The position numbers and the translations under genes are program-made. The notes below the pieces were generated by a model. The model made no database searches, was not told the origin of the DNA, and was given only the letters and a program-made list of their open reading frames with translations. Shown one piece after another: positions 18,501-25,933 of a stretch of DNA of 41,192 nucleotides; position 1 is the first letter of the stretch, and each line of letters opens with the position of its first letter. This stretch comes from a virus (lineage: Duplodnaviria > Caudoviricetes): the IMG/VR virus record IMGVR_UViG_3300011116_000486, positions 1 to 41,192 of that record. One strand, given 5' to 3'.

Positions 18501-18688
18501 ACCAAGACGCCGAAGGTTTCAACACAGGCGAGAAGGGCTTTCCAACGCCCGGTCGTGTTGCTTGGGATGCTTGGGGCGGTGACGCTGGTTACGCATGGGC
18601 GAAAGAAATTGTTGCAGAAGCAGAAGCAACGAAGTCACTGAGTATGCAAGGAGCGTACGGCTACCGCCGATGGATTGACTACCCATGA
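15557..18688 (+). CDS. portal protein fused to Nudix hydrolase and further C-terminal domains
   Basis: position after terL; YGYS.VE, FGIP..LG, G..T.NEVR...G.P portal motifs; Nudix box GGRLEVGETPAEAAVREWEEETG. Confidence 0.85.
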   Translation: MAVPIIGKRRDRKQAELQAAIEAGVEKAMSPAIAQAAAQTQASGGATYPVLRETRNPSSPFDQSGGYGDAFNPLPRGEQNFNSLFGPGYPLIPDPLDQLGPEGRALPRRTQYLVAANLQLVDRRVPWSVLKGLADDVDVVQRCIQITQDAMVGLQWSWGFSPTILQQIMAETGETNSAKANAYAREKYGDELQRVQEFFAYPDRRMGFTFSQWLTDIIYSHLVYDGIVVYPQYNLGGELESLTTIDTSTIKILLDNQGFIPRPPAPAYQQILYGFPRGEYVAEDMDADGKVPKGYRSDQLAYYIRRPHPSSIYGYSQVEECVNIATLYMQRQAWMHSEYTHGATPRMFIETSQTESWTPEQLAYYEQIMNDRLSGQTQRRQQAFMLRPGMTAKEMRQMDEMYKNTYDEWLITQIASKFGIPATQLGVKAAAQMGGGNSTLKGQADATEMFATDALRNFLVDCINDMARRFLGVGPELTMTVTGGGDDSDAAARASSDASDVAAGIRTRNEVRAARGIPLVDEPEADQLGITAGDGVKFLAGQFAAQQSAAAQPAPGAPAPAEAPPAPPEKKEGDDGSTGTDDGRKPVPSGDGEGQGDAAGSTQPDGQDEPSKPAKREPKPNVKAKDDVRQPDTDATKELAAFAKFAKARARSGQWRDFKFKHIPAADAARLNEAGRSGDMNLVKSAIAAPMSSDPIAAGLVLRAADTGRVLLIQRSMKDTSVAAGQWEYPGGRLEVGETPAEAAVREWEEETGAKLPDGELITQWFSPDGTYTAYLWEVANEDTVPANTIGDEGETCAWWSVDDMPGNPALRAKVLETPWHAMSMTSMKGERILHLAEVNQHKFAKASGNPDALIEWYNAGADGEIDWGSEGDFDACVAIAGKYMENPEGFCNLRHQDAVGGPPGSEDVGKSVIKAVADTYTPDAATRRAAKRALEWLADDLQGGGFTDTGRKRASDLAAGHAVSLDTVKRMKAYFDRHQPDQDAEGFNTGEKGFPTPGRVAWDAWGGDAGYAWAKEIVAEAEATKSLSMQGAYGYRRWIDYP

Positions 18689-20769
18689 CGACCAGCATTG
18701 TTTGGAAGTCCGATTGGAGCGAGGACGATCACCCTCGTGACGAACACGGTCGCTTTGGTGAAGGCGGTAGCGCCCACGAACCCGAAGCGTTCCAGACGCT
18801 ACCCAATAGCCAACAGACCAAGGCGTTCAAGGAAGCCGCATCGTGGACTGGTAACAACTGCACCGGCTTCGTGCCAAGCATGGTTGAGGCACCAATCCTG
18901 CCTGCAGCCGTAGACGGCGTGAGCAAGGGCGTTACCGACGACCAAGCCGAAGCACTTGAGCACTACAGCGATGAAGGCTACATCGGCATGAACCGTGACC
19001 TACGTGGCGAACGTGAGACTGTAGACAGCAACATAGTCATGCGTGATGTGCAGGCAGCCATTGACGCCAACACCATCAACGAGAACGCTGTTGTGTTCCG
19101 TGGTACGAGCGATGCAAACCTGACCGTGCAAATCTTGAGCATGGCGCCGGGAGAAACGTTTACAGACAAGGGCTTCGTGTCTACGTCTTTGGTGCGTGGA
19201 GTCGGTGAACAGTTCAGTAGCCAACGTGGCATGGTGTTCCAAATGGCCGTACCCAAGGGCAGCCACGCCGTCGGCCTGGTCGGTGGCGAAGGTGAACTGT
19301 TGCTTGGTGCCAACAGCAAGTTCCGTCTTGAGAGCATAGACACGTCTAGCAAGATTCCAGTTGCCAAGATTACGTACGTCGGTGCAGACCCACACATGAG
19401 AGGCACGTTCTTGAAGGCCAAGCGTGGCGACGTCAAGGGCGCTGGCAAGTTCGGCTGGACGGCCGACTGCATCACCATCCAGCGCAAGCCGAGCAAGGCC
19501 AAGAAGTCTGCACTCATCAAGGACTGGTCTGAGGACGATCACCCACGTGGTGAGAATGGTCAGTTTGGTGAGGGCGGTGCTAGTGCATCATCGGTCAATG
19601 AACTGGTTGACCGCCTAACTGATGCACATCCCGGTATCAAACTTGATGTGAGTGAGAAGCGTGGCAACGTTGCCATCAGTCGCATCGTCATTCCAAAAGA
19701 AGAACGTAACTCCGGAACAGGTAGTGCTGTGCTTCGTCAGATTCTCGCCTACGCAGATGCCAAAGGATTGACTGCATCACTTTCGCCGTCAACTGACTTT
19801 GGTGGGTCAAAGGCCGGACTAGAACGTCTGTATGGTCGGCTTGGGTTCAAGCCAAACAAAGGCAGGACGGCAGACCTTTCAATCAGTGACTCATGGGTGC
19901 GCCAACCTGATACGGCTGCCAAGTCCACGCAGATCATCTGGAAGTCCGTTGGCTTTGGTCACGAGACAATCATGTGGAAGGAATGGGACGAGGCCGAGCA
20001 TCCACGTGGTGAGCATGGCCGTTTCGGCAGTGGTGACGGTGAAGGTAGTGATGCCAAACTAACAGCATCAAGTTTCAAGGAACTGAGTCCTGACGAAGCC
20101 AAGTCTGCGTTCGCCGCCAAACTGGCAGACGCATCTCCGGCTGCCGCAGAGAAGTGGGCGGAGAAGCAAGTGAGCAAGTATGAGAGGGTCTACGGACTAC
20201 CCGGTGGTGGCATACTTGCTATTGAGCACGGCTCAAAGATCACTGACGAGAAACTACAGACGGTCAAAGAAGCGTTTGCGAAGTTGCAGAGTCAATACCC
20301 TGACAAACCACAAATCGTCGCTATCGCAGCCACCGCAGGTCAAGTGCCGGGTTACTCAATGAAAACAGACCCAAGAATCGCTGGCTCAGCGTTGCCCGGT
20401 GGAAACTTCATTTCACTGTATCCAATCGGCTACAGTTCCAAAGCAGGGGCACAACCAAACCATGAACAAATGATTGCAAGCAATTTCCACAGCCCGGCAG
20501 GCGCAGGCATTGACCACACCGTGTACACACTGACTCACGAGTGGGGACACACATTGGACAGGAACGCCTTAGAACCAGAGCGACCGGGCGTTCGTGCGGC
20601 CATGCGTGGAAGCAATGCGTACACAACGAGTTATGGCAGGGAAGGCGACTCCTACACATCACGATGCGAGAAGTACGCAGAGGCGTTCGCAGAATACTCA
20701 CTGTCCGGTGGCAAGACGGATAACCCACTAGCACAGAAACTTGCAGCGGCGGAAGGATGGAAAGCATGA
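18685..20769 (+). CDS. polyvalent effector polyprotein: VIP2-like ADP-ribosyltransferase + GNAT acetyltransferase + zincin metallopeptidase
   Basis: Y...N..LR, VFRG, FVSTS, EGELLL; R.SG.GS..L...Y..LGF; HEWGH...E..AE.F; three HPR..G.F tags. Confidence 0.85.
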   Translation: MTTSIVWKSDWSEDDHPRDEHGRFGEGGSAHEPEAFQTLPNSQQTKAFKEAASWTGNNCTGFVPSMVEAPILPAAVDGVSKGVTDDQAEALEHYSDEGYIGMNRDLRGERETVDSNIVMRDVQAAIDANTINENAVVFRGTSDANLTVQILSMAPGETFTDKGFVSTSLVRGVGEQFSSQRGMVFQMAVPKGSHAVGLVGGEGELLLGANSKFRLESIDTSSKIPVAKITYVGADPHMRGTFLKAKRGDVKGAGKFGWTADCITIQRKPSKAKKSALIKDWSEDDHPRGENGQFGEGGASASSVNELVDRLTDAHPGIKLDVSEKRGNVAISRIVIPKEERNSGTGSAVLRQILAYADAKGLTASLSPSTDFGGSKAGLERLYGRLGFKPNKGRTADLSISDSWVRQPDTAAKSTQIIWKSVGFGHETIMWKEWDEAEHPRGEHGRFGSGDGEGSDAKLTASSFKELSPDEAKSAFAAKLADASPAAAEKWAEKQVSKYERVYGLPGGGILAIEHGSKITDEKLQTVKEAFAKLQSQYPDKPQIVAIAATAGQVPGYSMKTDPRIAGSALPGGNFISLYPIGYSSKAGAQPNHEQMIASNFHSPAGAGIDHTVYTLTHEWGHTLDRNALEPERPGVRAAMRGSNAYTTSYGREGDSYTSRCEKYAEAFAEYSLSGGKTDNPLAQKLAAAEGWKA

Positions 20770-23129
20770 CCGCCATCGTCATCACTCGTGAACAACTAGA
20801 GCAAGCAGACGAAGATGAGTTGCTCACGCTCGTTGCCTACGGCTACAAGCCTGCACTGGCGATGTTGAATAAGCGCAAAGCCACCAAGGCCGCCAAGAGC
20901 CGCATTGACTGGGCAGACCACCCTTACCACGAAATCCACGAACGCATCGTTGATCACTACAAGCCGAAGATTCAGCGTGTCATGGCACAGTCCATTCGTG
21001 GCATTGACGAAGCAGTTGCCACGGCCAAGCGCAAGTACGACGCCGAACAAGACGCTACCAAGGCCACAGGCGACACACCGAAAATGACCGCAGCGCAACG
21101 TGCAGCACAAGCAGCCGTTGAAGCACACATCACTGTCAACAGCAAGAACCTGACCGAACTCATGCACCAGTTGCTCGCAGACGGCATCGTGTCTGCCGGG
21201 CACGCTACTGCCGAAGATGTGGGCGGCAAGATGCTTTGGGGACTTGGCGAGGAACTGACCAGCGTTGACTGGGCAACGTGGGAACCGGGCTGGGCGAAGG
21301 CCGCCGACCTGACACGTGGCGGTGGCTTGGCAAGATTGCTTGAGACGGCCAAGGCGACCGTGAAGGACATGGACGCCAACACCTTGCGCTGGCTCGGCAA
21401 CGTACTAGCCGATGGTCTTGACGCTGGTTCATCGTCTGTTGAGATTGCTAGGGCAATGGACGAAGTGGTGGACAACCCTGACCGTGCATTGCTCATTGCC
21501 AACACCGAAGTCAGTCGTGCCATGAGCGAAGCCACAGTGGACACGTACGCAGCCAACGACATTGAACAGTGGGAATGGCTGTCCGAGCAAGACGAGCGCA
21601 CTTGCGACTTCTGCTTGGACAAGGATGGCCAACAGTACGACGTCGGTGGCGATGACCCACGGCCACCTGAGCACCCACGTTGCCGGTGCGTGGTGCTGCC
21701 TGTTGTGGCAGAACCTACGCAAGAGGAAATGGACGCAGCCAACGGCACAGGTGGCGATGACACCGAAGAAGCCGATGAGGAAGTGGGCACGGAGAAGTCG
21801 CTGGCGAAGGAGTGGAGCGAGGATGATCACCCACGTGGCCCGGACGGACGCTTTGGTGCAACGGACATGGAAACCACCGCCAACCTAAGGTCGCAAGCCG
21901 AAGCAACTATCAAGCAAGCGCAGACCGCAAAGACCACCGATGACTTTGCGCAGGTGGCCGTGACACATGAGCAACTGAGGGATAGCCACACCAAGGAAGC
22001 CGCTAGTATGAACCGTGCTGCAGCACTCGCACGTACCAACGGACAACGAGCCACCGCGAACAACCTTGAGCGCACGGCACTTGAACATCGGAACGCTGCA
22101 GACCGACACGATGACGCTGCAAGTAGGTGGAAAGCCGCAGTGCGGAGCAACGATGCCAGTAGTGCACGCTCCGCTACCAGAGACGCATACATGAGAACTG
22201 CAGATGTGCACAACAGCGCACGGAGCATGTCCGAGGAAGAAAACAAAATCGCCGCAAGTGAAACACGTGAGACGAGTGGTTTCAAGTCTGCTGTCGGACC
22301 AAGTGCACCTGCAGGCGCCAACTACAAGTTCAGTTCTATGGATGACGCAGTTGCACACTTTGAGGCACTCGGCATCTCTGTTGATGCGGTTGGACTTACA
22401 CGCATTGGCACGACGCCGGAACACATGGCCACCATCGCCAACGCAGTGAGCGACATGAACGAGAAGTATCCGGGAGTGGTTGAGCAACTAGACCGTATTC
22501 AGGCTCATCCAAGTCCGAGCAAAGGTGTGTTGGCAGCGGTCACTGTGAGCGGGCCGACAGCACTGTACGTCACTCCATACGGCTGTCGTGTTGCTAGTGA
22601 CCGTGACTATGGCACTGCAGTATTTGAGGTGGGCAGTAAGTTCCTAAATCCAGAGGGCACGATGCTAACGGCCAGTATGCGTGACGTTTATTATCACGAA
22701 ATGGGACATGTCCTTCAACGGATGCCGGTAGGGCCAAACGGTGAACGGTCACTATCGGGTACGCTCAGTTCATACCGTGACAACAACAACCCACACGTTG
22801 AGGCTCTAAGGGCCGCTGGCTACATAACAGAAAGTGGCAATCTGCGCTATGGTCAAATTACAAAGGACTTGGCAGAATACGCCAGCACAGACAACTTAGA
22901 GTTTCACAGTGAAGTAGTAGCGTTGTTCAATCATCCCGAAAGGTTCAACCGATTGCCAGAGGAAGTGCAGACCAAGTTGCTTGCCTATCAGACGACGCTC
23001 AACGAGATGGTGGGCACCAACGTGCTCAAGGCCGAAGCAGACGCTGAGACACCACAGACAAACGTGATTGACGAACACTGGCCTATTGACTGGGACGCAA
23101 TCAACCGCAAGTATGGGTACGACGATTGA
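20766..23129 (+). CDS. MuF (SPP1 gp7-like) minor head protein with helical domain and C-terminal zincin
   Basis: IANTE..RA, W.W....D.RTC..C....G, PP.HP.CRC; HEMGH...EYA....E. Confidence 0.9.
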   Translation: MTAIVITREQLEQADEDELLTLVAYGYKPALAMLNKRKATKAAKSRIDWADHPYHEIHERIVDHYKPKIQRVMAQSIRGIDEAVATAKRKYDAEQDATKATGDTPKMTAAQRAAQAAVEAHITVNSKNLTELMHQLLADGIVSAGHATAEDVGGKMLWGLGEELTSVDWATWEPGWAKAADLTRGGGLARLLETAKATVKDMDANTLRWLGNVLADGLDAGSSSVEIARAMDEVVDNPDRALLIANTEVSRAMSEATVDTYAANDIEQWEWLSEQDERTCDFCLDKDGQQYDVGGDDPRPPEHPRCRCVVLPVVAEPTQEEMDAANGTGGDDTEEADEEVGTEKSLAKEWSEDDHPRGPDGRFGATDMETTANLRSQAEATIKQAQTAKTTDDFAQVAVTHEQLRDSHTKEAASMNRAAALARTNGQRATANNLERTALEHRNAADRHDDAASRWKAAVRSNDASSARSATRDAYMRTADVHNSARSMSEEENKIAASETRETSGFKSAVGPSAPAGANYKFSSMDDAVAHFEALGISVDAVGLTRIGTTPEHMATIANAVSDMNEKYPGVVEQLDRIQAHPSPSKGVLAAVTVSGPTALYVTPYGCRVASDRDYGTAVFEVGSKFLNPEGTMLTASMRDVYYHEMGHVLQRMPVGPNGERSLSGTLSSYRDNNNPHVEALRAAGYITESGNLRYGQITKDLAEYASTDNLEFHSEVVALFNHPERFNRLPEEVQTKLLAYQTTLNEMVGTNVLKAEADAETPQTNVIDEHWPIDWDAINRKYGYDD

Positions 23130-23138
23130 CACCACAAA

Positions 23139-23172
23139 GCAAAACGGCCAGCCCGAAGGCTGACCGTTTTGC
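23139..23172 (-). terminator. intrinsic terminator of cassette 2
   Basis: GCAAAACGGTCAGCC-TTCG-GGCTGGCCGTTTTGC followed by TTTGT; G-U pair and cUUCGg loop favour the minus strand. Confidence 0.75.
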
Positions 23173-23186
23173 GCACTGCAGGTTGG

Positions 23187-23684
23187 TTACTGCACAGGCA
23201 CTCGGTATGGGTGGTCAAGACCTGCACCAAACCGACCAGCAACTTCAACGCTGCCGTAGTAGCGAACATCGAAGTAGTCAATCTGCGATTCGCTACCGTC
23301 GTGGTTGTAGGCGCTGTGGATGCGCTCAAGCGTCATCTTGGCTGCAGCGGCTTCGTCGGTCAGGTGAGTCGCAGCATCGCAACGGTTGTAGTGCCAACCC
23401 ATAGACTCGCACATTGAACCGATGGCACACTTGCTATCGTCTTGTGCAATCCAAGCGTCAGGCATGGTGAGCACAATGTTGATCGAACCGCCACCGGCGT
23501 ACAAGTGAGTGCGCACGCTAACCTTGGCAGTCTTGGCAAGCAGTCCATGTGCCTTGGCTTCTTTGATGTCGGCACGCATCAACTTGACAATCTCGGCAAG
23601 GCTCAAGTTCTTACCATCGTTGTACTTGTATCCGTAGGTCTTTTCGTACATGCTGTCTCCCTCATCAAGTGGTCGTTTCGCCAC
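23187..23684 (-). CDS. LPD29-like protein (cassette 2; leaderless GTG 23684 or SD-led ATG 23651)
   Basis: R.DIK...K.SVR...Y.GG.SI and YN.DGS....DYFDV.YY motifs. Confidence 0.75.
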   Translation of the reverse strand: MAKRPLDEGDSMYEKTYGYKYNDGKNLSLAEIVKLMRADIKEAKAHGLLAKTAKVSVRTHLYAGGGSINIVLTMPDAWIAQDDSKCAIGSMCESMGWHYNRCDAATHLTDEAAAAKMTLERIHSAYNHDGSESQIDYFDVRYYGSVEVAGRFGAGLDHPYRVPVQ

Positions 23685-23690
23685 GTGATA

Positions 23691-23719
23691 ATTGTACGCC
23701 ATGTGAACCTAGTTGTCAA
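23691..23719 (-). promoter_or_regulatory. leaderless promoter with operator-like element (cassette 2)
   Basis: TTGACA-ACTAGGTTCAC..(N17)-TACAAT-N6-GTG. Confidence 0.85.
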
Positions 23720-23731
23720 AGGAAGGAACTC

Positions 23732-24094
23732 ATGCGGCTCGCCGTAGACGTAGACGGCACGATAGATGCCAACCCTGACGAGATGCGCAGTATCTTGTCG
23801 GCCGTCAAGGCAGCCGGTCACGCCGTGATCGTGTTGACCGGCACACCGGGTGACAAGGCTACGCAAGAGGACTGGGACGAGAAGCGCAACTACCTGCAGT
23901 CCATGGGTTGCGGTTCGTGCTGGGACAAACTCGTGGTCGTGCCACACAAGCCGGGCGAACTCGCAGAAGCCAAGGCCGCATACTGCAAGGCCAATGGCAT
24001 TGACGTACTGATTGACAATAGTAAAGATAACGCCAAGGCGGCTATCGCTGCAGGCGTTTCGCTGGTGCTCGTTCCGTGGGCATCACGAGTTTAG
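23732..24094 (+). CDS. minimal HAD-superfamily phosphatase
   Basis: AVDVDGT, LTG, K...C, LIDN; AAGGA SD. Confidence 0.75.
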   Translation: MRLAVDVDGTIDANPDEMRSILSAVKAAGHAVIVLTGTPGDKATQEDWDEKRNYLQSMGCGSCWDKLVVVPHKPGELAEAKAAYCKANGIDVLIDNSKDNAKAAIAAGVSLVLVPWASRV

Positions 24095-24102
24095 GAGCGA
24101 AC

Positions 24103-24705
24103 GTGCAATCTATCAAAGACCAAATGGCCAAAGCCTTGGTCAAGGCATACGCCAATAGAGATGCGATTGTCGAACAGGTGCGTGTCATTCTCAAAGAACA
24201 AGAGCGTGACGAGCACGGTCGCTTCGGGTCTGGTTCAGGTGGTGGCAGTGACCGTTTTCCAACACCTAGCAACGGTGGGCCGCCAACTGGTAGTCACATG
24301 GAACAACGAGCCAAGGAGTTGCCTGCCGACACTAAGGCCACGGCTAAAGAGGCAAAGGCTATTGGTGAGTCGGCAAAGACATGGGCGCCAAAAGAAGTTG
24401 GCGACAGAATGGCTACCCACTACAAACTGACTGGCGAGCACGAGAAGGCCGCCACCCTGCACGAACAGTTGAAGGGCTACGCCGAGCGTGCTGGCAACAC
24501 CAAGTTGGCTGCAGCGCACCAAGCCGCCGCAGATGCACACGACAAGGCTGCAACACTTCATTCGTACGCCGTACGTGATCTCAAGAACGCAAGCGGTCGT
24601 GCCACTGATGGATTTGGTGGCGCCAACTACAGCGGTCGTGCAATGGCCGCAGCCAAGGTTTCGGGCGACGCAGCCAGAGCATCGGCAGCCGCTAGCAAGG
24701 CTTGA
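24103..24705 (+). CDS. His/Ala-rich helical head-associated protein A
   Basis: AGGAG SD before GTG; SIKDQMA leader, ERDEHGRF tag, heptad His. Confidence 0.8.
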   Translation: MQSIKDQMAKALVKAYANRDAIVEQVRVILKEQERDEHGRFGSGSGGGSDRFPTPSNGGPPTGSHMEQRAKELPADTKATAKEAKAIGESAKTWAPKEVGDRMATHYKLTGEHEKAATLHEQLKGYAERAGNTKLAAAHQAAADAHDKAATLHSYAVRDLKNASGRATDGFGGANYSGRAMAAAKVSGDAARASAAASKA

Positions 24706-24733
24706 ACAAACTAACAACAACTAGGAGTCACAA

Positions 24734-25420
24734 ATGAAATCCATCAAAGACCAGATGGCCGAGGCACTCGCCAAGGCATACGCAGACAAGAAGTCCATCA
24801 CTCGTCGTGTGCGTGAAGTGATGAAGGAACAAGAGCGTGACGAGAATGGCCGCTTTGCTTCTGGTGGTGGTGGCGGCGGCGGCGGTTCGCATGAGTCCGA
24901 TAAGGCATACCACGAAAGTCAGGCAAACCTTCACACTGCCGCAGGGCAACAGCAGGGCGCTAAAGACATGGCAGCCGGAGCACCTTCCGCAAAGACTGCC
25001 GAGCATTTCGCAACAGCCAATCTGCACGAAGAAGCGGCTCAAGCGCATCAAAACGCCATAGACAACCCTTCGCCAGAGGCAACGCAGAGAGCGCAAGCAG
25101 CATCAGAGCGAGCGAACGCAGCGAGTAGCGGTGGCGATAAGAGTCACGGCCAACAGGCCATGGAGCATTTGAGTGCTGCATCATCACATCGGCAATCTGA
25201 ACGTGAGGCCAAAGATTCCGGCGACAAGAAACTAGCAGCCATGCACAGAGAATCCGCCGATGCTCATGAGAAGGCCGGTGAAGCACACAGCCTTGCCGAC
25301 CTTGCACAACAAGGTGGCGCTGGAGTGGATTACAAAGATGCAGCCGACAACGCAAAGTCCGCTTCCGAGGCAGCACAACGATGGTCTGCCGGAACTGCCG
25401 AAGCCATTGCAAGACGCTAG
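24734..25420 (+). CDS. His/Ala-rich helical head-associated protein B (paralog of A)
   Basis: AGGAG SD; SIKDQMA leader, ERDENGRF tag, heptad His. Confidence 0.85.
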   Translation: MKSIKDQMAEALAKAYADKKSITRRVREVMKEQERDENGRFASGGGGGGGGSHESDKAYHESQANLHTAAGQQQGAKDMAAGAPSAKTAEHFATANLHEEAAQAHQNAIDNPSPEATQRAQAASERANAASSGGDKSHGQQAMEHLSAASSHRQSEREAKDSGDKKLAAMHRESADAHEKAGEAHSLADLAQQGGAGVDYKDAADNAKSASEAAQRWSAGTAEAIARR

Positions 25421-25429
25421 GAGCCACAA

Positions 25430-25930
25430 ATGACCGAAGCAACCTTTAGGGTTACCGTCACCGTCGAACCGGATGACGAACCTGCACCACCTGCAGTTGG
25501 ACTCGCTGGCGTTGTCGTCAAGTCAACCGAAGAACAGCGATACACGTTGACAGTTGCCTACCCGGCGAACAAACCTGATGTAGCAGTTGCACAAGACGGC
25601 TTCCGTGACTTCGCAGATGCACTAGCAGTTGAGAAGGCTGCATGGTCGTACTTGCGCACGTCACCCAACATCGGACTGTGGCACGAGAACGGCACTGACG
25701 GTGCTGGTGAAGTCTGCGAGTCCTACATCTACCGTGGACCGGACTGGCTCATCAAGGCAGCCGATGGCAGTGAACAACTCATCAAGGCAGGCGACTGGTT
25801 GATGGGAATTATTTGGAGTGAGGCGAGTTGGCCACTGGTGAAGCAAGGACTCATCGGTGGTGTCAGCCCGCAAGGACGAGCCAAGCGACGTATGCCCGAT
25901 GCGGCGGCCGTTGCCAACCTGAGGAACTAG
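25430..25930 (+). CDS. XkdF-like prohead serine protease
   Basis: Y.A...D...D...D, IGLWH, ESYI, IK.G.W, W..VK.G...G.S..G. Confidence 0.75.
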   Translation: MTEATFRVTVTVEPDDEPAPPAVGLAGVVVKSTEEQRYTLTVAYPANKPDVAVAQDGFRDFADALAVEKAAWSYLRTSPNIGLWHENGTDGAGEVCESYIYRGPDWLIKAADGSEQLIKAGDWLMGIIWSEASWPLVKQGLIGGVSPQGRAKRRMPDAAAVANLRN

Positions 25931-25933
25931 GAC

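Noticed and set aside
18706-24860. CRISPR array or DNA-level repeat from the HPR/GRF copies
   Set aside because: Irregular spacing, conserved at protein level with synonymous variation; no cas operon
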